Virus record (IMG/VR): IMGVR_UViG_3300025608_000006
Strand: one strand, 5' to 3'
DNA length: 64,000 bases
Origin: a virus
Lineage: Duplodnaviria; Caudoviricetes
A program made the position numbers and the translations under genes. The notes beneath the pieces are model-generated. The model was not told the DNA's origin and did not search any database. It was given only the letters and a program-made list of their open reading frames with translations. Shown here piece by piece: positions 57,251 through 64,000 of this stretch (position 1 is its first letter; every line of letters begins with the position of its first letter).

Positions 57251-59532
57251 TGAAACGCACACTAATTACTGAATCGTGGAATGATCCTCGTCTTACACTT
57301 CTCGAGACAACAACTATTATCCCGTTTGTATCTAGTATTGAAAAATATATTACTGAAGCACAACTTACACCAGATCAAATCAGTCAACTATTTACTGATG
57401 TAGAAAAGGGTGCTACTGCTGCCGGCGGCAATAGAACTATGATCGGCAAAGGCACAGACGCTGCTAAGTTTATCAATACAAAAATGAAAGAGCTTGGTCA
57501 AGCTGTTAAAAAGTCTGGACCTGTTCAAAACGCAGATGCTAAATTTGCAGAACTAAAAACTAAAATAGGTTCTAAAGATTCTAAAGTTGTTAGTGCAATA
57601 CAAGGTGTTAGTGATTGGGCAAAAGAAAATCCTGGCAAAGCAAGTATTGCTGTTGCCGTACTAACTGTTGCTGCGTCGATGGCTGCCGGACCAATGGCAG
57701 GCGCTATTGCAGGTTTTATATCTCGAGCAAGTAAAGATTTACTACAAGGCAAAGACCTTTCTAGTGCAGTTGGTAATTCACTTAAAACAGCAGCAGTCGG
57801 TGCTATTGTCGGTGCAATTGCAGATGGTATTGACTTTGGTACTCCGGATGTTGAAGGTGGTGTTAACACAGTATCAGGAGATGTGGATACTAGTCAACTA
57901 CAAGATAAACTTGCAAAAGAGCTAGGCGACAATGCTAGCGATGCAAATCAATCTGTTGCAAGTGCATTTGCAGATATGGATGTATCACAATTTAAGATGA
58001 AGTATGCTGAAGAAATGTATTTGGCTCAACTTGAAAAGTTTGGCGGTGAAGCAAGTCGTAGCATGATGATGAAGATGGCCGAAAACATTGACATTCAAGG
58101 TACATATCCAGATGATTTTACTGCTAGTTTTGAAGGAAGTTTTGTTAGAGGGAATATTTTCTTAACGCCAGATGAAGCTAGAGAACTTAGTGCTGCTGGA
58201 TTTGAAGGCATGGACATAATGGGCAGTGAAGCAACAGAATGGATTAAAGCAAATGTTGAAGGCGCAGACGAACAAATTCAAGCAGGAATTGATGCAAGTG
58301 CGCGAGCAGACGCAGAACTAAAAGCAAAATACGATGCAATGAGTGCCGAAGAGCAACGTGCATTTGACCAAGAGAGAGCTGCAAAATATGGCGACTTTAT
58401 GGATGTCGAACCTCCGGGAACTCCTAAGTACAAAGAAAGTATCGATTTTAAAAATATTCAAATTGAAACTATTATTGAATGGTGTGACCAATCTCCTGCT
58501 GTTATACTAACAGAAGGCCCGATGGATGCAATTAAAAAAGGTGCAAGTGCTGTAGGCGGAGCAGTTAAGAAAGGTGCAGCAGCCGTAGGCGCTAAAGCAG
58601 CAAAGGTTGGCAAGAATATGACAACTAAAGTTACTGCTGACAAATTAAATAAAGCCTGGGTCAAAGCTGGAAAGCCTACTGACAGTGATAAAATTGCAAA
58701 CATTCTTAGACAGCAAGGTGTAAGTGATCAAGTACTAGCACCTGTATACAAACAAATGGGTGCAAAGCTTCCTGCTGCTCCTGCAAAAGATACACAAGCA
58801 AGTAAGCCAGGATCAACAGATAAACCACAAGCAGGTAAGCCAGGTGCAACAGGCGGACAGGCAGCTGGCGCAGCAGCGCCGATGGACTTTAAAGCTATTC
58901 AACAAGCTGTAGCTAAAATGAGTTCACAGGATGCAAAAGAATTAGTTACGCATATTGACTCGCTCAGCGGCAAAAAAGCAGCAGCACAGCCTCAAACAGC
59001 CCCTGCACAAGGTGCAACTACACAACAGCAACCTGCACAAGGACAACAGCCTGCACAAGGACAACAGCCTGCACAAGGACAACAGCCTGCACAAGGACAA
59101 CAGCCTGCACAAGGTGCAGCGCCTGGTAAACAGCAACCTGCTGCACAGAATCCTAAAAATGCCGCAGCTGGTGATACTTATGAAAAAGCAAAAGGTGATA
59201 TTCGTAAAGTACAAAGTGGACAAAAGCCTATTCCACCTAAAGCCGCAGCAGACATTCAGGGTGCAATTGCTAAACTAGCTAAGGGTGATAAAGAAAGTGG
59301 AGTATTTGCTGCACAGAAAATTATGAATCTTGCTAAAGCAGGAGTTGATGTCAGCAAACAACAGCAAGCATGGGTTGCTAATTCTAAAGCAGCTGAACGG
59401 TTCTTAACACAGAGTGTTTACTTTGCAATTACTAAAATGTTGCGTGAGCATAATTTGTCTTGGAGTAATTTAGGTATAAGAGTGCATTTGTTAGAAGGTA
59501 CTAACAAAATGTTTGGAATAAGTTACATTTAA
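57250..59532 (+). CDS. 760-aa putative head-internal/ejection protein with hydrophobic helical segment and QQPAQG repeats
   Basis: ITE, LLE, ITE, LTE, LRE and LLE motifs; hydrophobic ASIAVAVLTVAASMAAGPMAGAIAGF; Gln/Pro/Ala repeat. Confidence 0.6.
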   Translation: MKRTLITESWNDPRLTLLETTTIIPFVSSIEKYITEAQLTPDQISQLFTDVEKGATAAGGNRTMIGKGTDAAKFINTKMKELGQAVKKSGPVQNADAKFAELKTKIGSKDSKVVSAIQGVSDWAKENPGKASIAVAVLTVAASMAAGPMAGAIAGFISRASKDLLQGKDLSSAVGNSLKTAAVGAIVGAIADGIDFGTPDVEGGVNTVSGDVDTSQLQDKLAKELGDNASDANQSVASAFADMDVSQFKMKYAEEMYLAQLEKFGGEASRSMMMKMAENIDIQGTYPDDFTASFEGSFVRGNIFLTPDEARELSAAGFEGMDIMGSEATEWIKANVEGADEQIQAGIDASARADAELKAKYDAMSAEEQRAFDQERAAKYGDFMDVEPPGTPKYKESIDFKNIQIETIIEWCDQSPAVILTEGPMDAIKKGASAVGGAVKKGAAAVGAKAAKVGKNMTTKVTADKLNKAWVKAGKPTDSDKIANILRQQGVSDQVLAPVYKQMGAKLPAAPAKDTQASKPGSTDKPQAGKPGATGGQAAGAAAPMDFKAIQQAVAKMSSQDAKELVTHIDSLSGKKAAAQPQTAPAQGATTQQQPAQGQQPAQGQQPAQGQQPAQGQQPAQGAAPGKQQPAAQNPKNAAAGDTYEKAKGDIRKVQSGQKPIPPKAAADIQGAIAKLAKGDKESGVFAAQKIMNLAKAGVDVSKQQQAWVANSKAAERFLTQSVYFAITKMLREHNLSWSNLGIRVHLLEGTNKMFGISYI
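59023..59114 (+). repeat. Coding 18-bp tandem repeat (GGACAACAGCCTGCACAA) x4 plus one degenerate copy
   Basis: Perfect units at 59041, 59059, 59077 and 59095, encoding GQQPAQ. Confidence 0.95.
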
Positions 59533-59735
59533 AAGAATGGAAGACCACTTTTCTTAGTGGTCTCTAAGTTTTCTTTTACTATATCACCGATAAGCATTCT
59601 ATCTTCGTGAGATAGGTTATAACCTTCGTCTATAGTAACACCGCCACGCATATACCAACAAAGTTTTAAGATTTCACTCTTAATTTCCTTTTGTTCGTTT
59701 TCCATATGCTTAACTTCTTCTAGGATCTCAGCCAC
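59529..59735 (-). CDS. gp51-like tail/baseplate assembly chaperone domain, probably made as a -1 frameshift extension of 59753-60634
   Basis: EILKLCWYMRGGVTIDEGYNLSHEDR resembles gp51/GT-type C-terminal domains; no properly spaced SD; the frame is open upstream to the slippery site. Confidence 0.7.
   Translation of the reverse strand: MAEILEEVKHMENEQKEIKSEILKLCWYMRGGVTIDEGYNLSHEDRMLIGDIVKENLETTKKSGLPFF
59542..59563. terminator. Possible bidirectional hairpin at the convergent gene junction
   Basis: AGACCACT-tttctt-AGTGGTCT, 8-bp perfect stem with T-rich runs nearby on both strands; lies inside a CDS end. Confidence 0.3.
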
Positions 59736-59765
59736 GCTCCAAGCTAAGATCCTTATCCGAAAAAA
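59722..59765 (-). promoter_or_regulatory. -1 programmed ribosomal frameshift signal
   Basis: T TTT TTC (59765-59759), 5-nt spacer GGATA, stem AGGATCTTAGC (59753-59743) / GCTGAGATCCT (59732-59722), 10-nt loop. Confidence 0.82.
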
Positions 59766-60634
59766 TTTGACTGATCAAATGTAATTGCAACTTCGTAACT
59801 TTCAGGTGCTCCGGCTGCAATATCTTCTTCAGATGAAGTAACTTTTAGAGGTTCTAGTGCAAATAAATCTTTTTGTGATTCGATATGTTTTAGTACTTCG
59901 TTATAAAATTCTTTATCTGCGTTTTCAATAAATTCTTTTATATGTAGTGGATTTTCAACTACAGTATCACCGATAGAAATACTAACAACACTAGCTGATA
60001 AAGAACTTATAGTTAAGTTTGTAAGTGTTTGAAAGCTTTCATTAAACTTTGCTAATTTTTCTTGATCTGGAATTTTTTCATCGTTAACAAGTGCAAATAT
60101 ACGTTGTTCTTCAAAAGTTTTTAAGCTTGCATCAGTAAATTCTTTGTATGTCATTGGTCTAGTAACTATAGACATATCGTTGATTACAAATTTATCATTA
60201 TAGTCTTTTGTTACTAGTTTATTCAATAACTGTCGAAGATCGACAGCAAAAGATCTATCTTCTCCAGTATTTGGAACTTTTGTAGTAACATCCATTGTGT
60301 CACCATATGTTGCAACACGAATTGCAATTAATATCGCATCTAAATCAATGCTTGGCATGTGCCACGGATTTTTAATATTTGGAACACAACTTTTAATAAT
60401 TTCAACTGTGGCTGCACCGTTTAAAAGCGCATCAGGAGTTTTCATTGTTAGCTCGTCTTTAGCTGTCATTGCAAATACTGGAAATTCTTTATTTTCAGGA
60501 ATATCAATAGATCCCTCTGGATAAAATTTTCCCTTGCTAGGAAGAGTAATATAGACTTTAGGTTGTCTAAAATACTTTTTCAAAGGGTTTTGTTCAATAT
60601 TACTATTAAACTTTGTTGGATCAAATTCTGGCAT
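59753..60634 (-). CDS. Baseplate hub assembly/tail chaperone protein, T4 gp26-like
   Basis: NPLKKYFRQPKVYITLPSKG.FY...PVFAMTAKDEL..KTPDALLNG.A..EIIKSC..IDLDAILIAIR.ATYG. Confidence 0.72.
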   Translation of the reverse strand: MPEFDPTKFNSNIEQNPLKKYFRQPKVYITLPSKGKFYPEGSIDIPENKEFPVFAMTAKDELTMKTPDALLNGAATVEIIKSCVPNIKNPWHMPSIDLDAILIAIRVATYGDTMDVTTKVPNTGEDRSFAVDLRQLLNKLVTKDYNDKFVINDMSIVTRPMTYKEFTDASLKTFEEQRIFALVNDEKIPDQEKLAKFNESFQTLTNLTISSLSASVVSISIGDTVVENPLHIKEFIENADKEFYNEVLKHIESQKDLFALEPLKVTSSEEDIAAGAPESYEVAITFDQSNFFG

Positions 60635-60645
60635 GTCATTCTCCG

Positions 60646-60653
60646 TATAAATA
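60646..60653 (+). promoter_or_regulatory. Perfect T4 late promoter TATAAATA (toward the tape-measure gene)
   Basis: Exact TATAAATA upstream of GTG 60712. Confidence 0.7.
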
Positions 60654-60677
60654 CAATGTATAAGTATGTATCTCTAT

Positions 60678-60685
60678 TATTTATA
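60678..60685 (-). promoter_or_regulatory. Perfect T4 late promoter TATAAATA (toward the gp26-like gene)
   Basis: Exact TATAAATA on the minus strand; SD GGAG just upstream of ATG 60634. Confidence 0.7.
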
Positions 60686-60711
60686 TGCGCATATAACTTA
60701 GGATTCGAATA

Positions 60712-63700
60712 GTGGCTGAAGAAGTACAAATTAGTAATGTTGGTGGCGATGGAGTAGCTAGTGAAGTTACTCTACAACGTCTCGTAACTAGTATTGAAGC
60801 AATGGCTAAAAAGTCAGGCATTGACTCAAAAAGCCAAGCTGCAAAATTACAAAAGTTATACAACCAAGAAGTTGATAAATCTAGCAAAGCTACAAAAGAT
60901 CAAACAGCAGAAACACAAAAACAGACTACTGCAACCAAAGATGCAACTCAAGAAACAAATAAGCTTGCCCGCAGTCTTGGAGCAGCAGCAGGCAAAGGTC
61001 TAGGTGCGCTATTCCAGTCTACTGTTGGGTTAACTAAAGCATTTTACAATAATAATACAAGTGTTGAAGCGTTTGCTTCACAATTGCCAGTATTTGGCAA
61101 AACTTTAGGATTCTTAGGCGGTATAGCCGATGAGTCGATTGATGCATTTAGAGGTCTGTCAGCAAGCGGTGCATCGTTTGGTGGCTCGATAACTAATATG
61201 CGAAATGCAGCAGCAGGAATGCAAATTAGTTTAAGTGAAATGACACAGTTGTTTGCTAGCCAAGCACCTGCACTAGCAGCATTAGGCGGAACAGTTGAGC
61301 AAGGCGCACAACGCTTTGCCAAAATGAACAAAAACATTAAAGCTACAGGCGACTTTGACAGTCTTATGCGTATGGGCTTTGCTGTTGAAGATATTAACGA
61401 AGGCATGGGAGATTACATTGCACTTCAGGCAAGAATGGGCACACTGCAAGGCAGAAGTACAGCAGAATTAGCAGCTGGCAGTGCAAACTATCTAAAACAA
61501 ATTGACTTACTTGCAAAAGTTACTGGCAAGACAAGAGAAGAAGCTAAGGCTGCACTAGATGCACAAGCTGCTGACTCGGTGGCACGTACATTATTAAATC
61601 AATTTGATCGAAATACAGAAGAAGGGCAGAAAAAGTTTGATAATCTAACCACCAGTTTAGCATTACTAGATGAAGTAGGCGGAAGTACTGCTGAAGCATT
61701 AAAAGGAATGCTTACAGGTAACCCAACTAAAGCAGCTGGTGAATTGTTAGCTGTACTAGGTGATGCAGGCACTCCCGTTTTAGAAGCAATGGAAGCTATC
61801 GGCGATGGCGCAGATCCTCAGGTACTATTAAATGCATTTAGAATGGCCGGCGGAGAATTAGAAAACTTTGCAGGAGCAGATGCAGATAGCCGTGCAAGAA
61901 TAATACAAGAACTTAAAGATCAAGGTAATCCATTAGGTGACTTCTTAGATAACGCTACTGTAATGATGGATCTATCAGAACGTGATCTAGGTGCTGCTGC
62001 AAGATCACAGGCTGCTGCTGCCGAGGCAAGAGATGCAGCAACTGATGCGATGTTAACTTTTGAAAATCAACAAAGAGAACTAAGTGGAAAAATGCACGAA
62101 ATATTCATTCAATCGGGTGTATTGGATGCAATTGGCGCAGGATTAACTGTATTTGGCGATATTCTTTCTGGAATAACTGGCTACCTAACAACTTTCTCAG
62201 AAAATGTTGCAACCGGCGGCTGGTTCTCTGCAATTACTACTGTTCTAATGGATGGGCTTGGTGCTCTTTGGGATAATGCCGGAGTTGTTGGTGCATTAGT
62301 TGCAGGTATTGGCGTATTGTTTGCAAGTAAAGCAGCAGCTGGCGCACTTACTAGAAGCATCGGTTCGAAAATTAGCGGCATGTTTGGCGGCGGCGAATCC
62401 GCCGGCGGGAAAACTGGCGGCGGCAAAACTGGCGGCGGCCTCGGAAAAGGAATAGGTAATATAGGTAAAGGTCTTGGCAAAGGACTGGGCGGAGTACTAA
62501 AAGGTATTGCTAGTGGACTTATTTTCTTTGCAAATCCATTAGTTCCATTAGGAGCAGCAGCAGTAGGAGCAGCAATAACAGCAATCGGCGCAGGTATAGC
62601 CGGTGCAACATGGTTAATAGGTAACTCATTGCCTTCTTTGAAAGACGGATTAAAAGGCTTTGAAGAATTAAACGGGGATGCATTAATATCTGCTGGTAAG
62701 GGCATGGGCGCTGTTGCACTAGGCATGGGAGCATTTGGTGCAGGGTCAGCAGTTGCAGGTCTAGGATCATTAGTAGGAAGCGTTACATCGGGCATTGCAG
62801 GATTGTTTGGCGGCGAAACAGATCCACTGGCACAACTTGAAAAATTCCAAGAAAAGTCATTTGACGAAGCTACGATTACAGCTAATGCTAATTCAATAGT
62901 TGCATATAGTAAAGCAATGGCTGCATTAGGAGCAGCAGAAGGATTATCAGGCATTGGAGCAGCAGTTGGAGCAGTAGGCGGAGCAATAGCAGGATTGTTT
63001 GGCGGTGATGATCCGTTAACAAAAATGAAGCAATTCGAAGCGTACACGTTTGATTCAGCAAAAATTAAATCTAATGCTGAAGCAGTAAGTGCATATGCAA
63101 GTGCAATGAAAGATTTTCCGACTAGCCCAGCTCCAAGTATTTTTGGTTCGTTTGCAACTGGTGTAGCAACGCTGTTTGGAGCAGAAACAGATCCGTTTGC
63201 TCCAATGATGAGATTTGGAGATCTAACATTTAATACTGCTGGTATTATTGCAAACGCAGGAGCAGTTGCAGCATATGCAACAGCAATGAAAGATTTTCCT
63301 GCAACTCCTAGTGCTAGTGTGTTTACTGCATTAAAAGATGGCGTCATTGGATTACTGGGAGGCGAAACAGATCCGTTTGCTCCGATGATGAGATTTGGAA
63401 ACTTAAAATTTAATTCAGAAGGCATTGCTACTAATGCAGGAGCAGTAAGTGCATTTGCAGACGCAATGGCTAATATGCCAACTATAGATGCTGAACGTTC
63501 AGGTGGCGTACTAGGTGCAATTGCAGGATGGTTTGCTGGTGACGAAGTAATGCCGTGGGATTCTGTAAAAGCATTTGGCGATGCTAATATAAGTGCAGAA
63601 GGTGTAACAGCTAATGCTGCGGCAATTAATGCTATGACATCATCTTTAAATGGTTTTAGTGTAGAAAAACTTGACACAACTGGAATTGTAAGCTATACTA

Positions 63701-63987
63701 GTGCTATGGAAAGATTGGTAGAAGTTCTCGGCGAGTTGAACGATGAACTTGCAGCAGACAATAAAGCAGGCCTCGGCACAGGTACTAATGCAGGTGATGT
63801 AGTTAGCAAAATGGATACAATCGGCTCTGGAGGCGGAGCAGGCAGTGATCAGTTAAATAACATTATGAATCAAGTATTACTAGTGCTAAACGAAATGCGA
63901 GATTTGGATATTGATGTTGAACGAAATACAAGAAACATAATCGGAAGTAATCTTGCACAAGGCGGCGTAAGCAATGTCGCAAGATGA
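60712..63987 (+). CDS. Tail tape measure protein-like
   Basis: 1091 aa, Ala/Gly-rich and helical with periodic aromatic residues and hydrophobic segments; adjacent to the chaperone pair. Confidence 0.78.
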   Translation: MAEEVQISNVGGDGVASEVTLQRLVTSIEAMAKKSGIDSKSQAAKLQKLYNQEVDKSSKATKDQTAETQKQTTATKDATQETNKLARSLGAAAGKGLGALFQSTVGLTKAFYNNNTSVEAFASQLPVFGKTLGFLGGIADESIDAFRGLSASGASFGGSITNMRNAAAGMQISLSEMTQLFASQAPALAALGGTVEQGAQRFAKMNKNIKATGDFDSLMRMGFAVEDINEGMGDYIALQARMGTLQGRSTAELAAGSANYLKQIDLLAKVTGKTREEAKAALDAQAADSVARTLLNQFDRNTEEGQKKFDNLTTSLALLDEVGGSTAEALKGMLTGNPTKAAGELLAVLGDAGTPVLEAMEAIGDGADPQVLLNAFRMAGGELENFAGADADSRARIIQELKDQGNPLGDFLDNATVMMDLSERDLGAAARSQAAAAEARDAATDAMLTFENQQRELSGKMHEIFIQSGVLDAIGAGLTVFGDILSGITGYLTTFSENVATGGWFSAITTVLMDGLGALWDNAGVVGALVAGIGVLFASKAAAGALTRSIGSKISGMFGGGESAGGKTGGGKTGGGLGKGIGNIGKGLGKGLGGVLKGIASGLIFFANPLVPLGAAAVGAAITAIGAGIAGATWLIGNSLPSLKDGLKGFEELNGDALISAGKGMGAVALGMGAFGAGSAVAGLGSLVGSVTSGIAGLFGGETDPLAQLEKFQEKSFDEATITANANSIVAYSKAMAALGAAEGLSGIGAAVGAVGGAIAGLFGGDDPLTKMKQFEAYTFDSAKIKSNAEAVSAYASAMKDFPTSPAPSIFGSFATGVATLFGAETDPFAPMMRFGDLTFNTAGIIANAGAVAAYATAMKDFPATPSASVFTALKDGVIGLLGGETDPFAPMMRFGNLKFNSEGIATNAGAVSAFADAMANMPTIDAERSGGVLGAIAGWFAGDEVMPWDSVKAFGDANISAEGVTANAAAINAMTSSLNGFSVEKLDTTGIVSYTSAMERLVEVLGELNDELAADNKAGLGTGTNAGDVVSKMDTIGSGGGAGSDQLNNIMNQVLLVLNEMRDLDIDVERNTRNIIGSNLAQGGVSNVAR
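62790..63640 (+). repeat. About five ~60-aa internal repeats in the tape measure protein
   Basis: LFGG(E/D)TDP..M.+F...F....I..NA.AV.AYA.AM; the DNA gaaacagatccgtttgctcc-atgatgagatttgga occurs at about 63184 and 63364 (180 bp apart). Confidence 0.85.
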
Positions 63988-64000
63988 GGAAAATAAATGA

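Noticed and set aside
59023-59114. Possible CRISPR-like array
   Set aside because: The 18-bp units are contiguous with no spacers and encode in-frame GQQPAQ.
62181-63677. 498-aa antisense ORF, and similar shadow ORFs such as 47006-47527, 57525-57869 and 61044-61406
   Set aside because: They lie fully opposite well-supported Ala/Gly/Thr-rich genes whose codon bias removes antisense stops; they have no SD or motifs.
1-64000. Stop-codon reassignment, as seen in some jumbo phages
   Set aside because: Genes tile densely and end to end under code 11, including a 15-kb ORF, and TAA, TGA and TAG all end genes at plausible boundaries.
1-64000. tRNA or rRNA genes
   Set aside because: No cloverleaf with a GTTCRA T-loop and CCA end was seen in any intergenic gap; the gaps other than 56433-56971 are too short.
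63997-64000. Start of the next gene (SD AGGA then ATG at 63997)
   Set aside because: Only 4 nt lie inside the window, so the product cannot be called.

Overview
The window is a 64-kb segment of a large T4-like (myovirus-type, probably jumbo) bacteriophage genome, AT-rich and densely coding under genetic code 11. It has four blocks. (1) 1-16452, minus strand: a translationally coupled accessory operon with five radical-SAM/SPASM-twitch enzymes, NDP-sugar enzymes, several glycosyltransferase-like proteins, two SGNH-like proteins and a methyltransferase, headed by a consensus sigma70 promoter. (2) 16519-51976, minus strand: a baseplate and fibre module with a 5121-aa giant protein, gp6-, gp25-, gp5-, gp27-, gp53- and gp48/54-like genes and modular fibre genes. 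(3) 52055-59532, plus strand: a gp55-like late sigma factor, gp47/gp46 (Mre11/Rad50-like), a small GIY-YIG nuclease followed by a ~370-nt apparently highly structured non-coding region, and putative head-internal proteins. (4) 59529-64000: a gp26-like/gp51-like gene pair divergent from a tape-measure-like gene. The two strongest observations are the GIY-YIG nuclease paired with a multi-pseudoknot RNA candidate (55983-56806) and a textbook -1 frameshift signal (U UUU UUC, 5-nt spacer, 11-bp stem) that would fuse the gp26-like and gp51-like ORFs in the manner of lambda G/GT. All family assignments come from motif recognition by eye; no searches were run.
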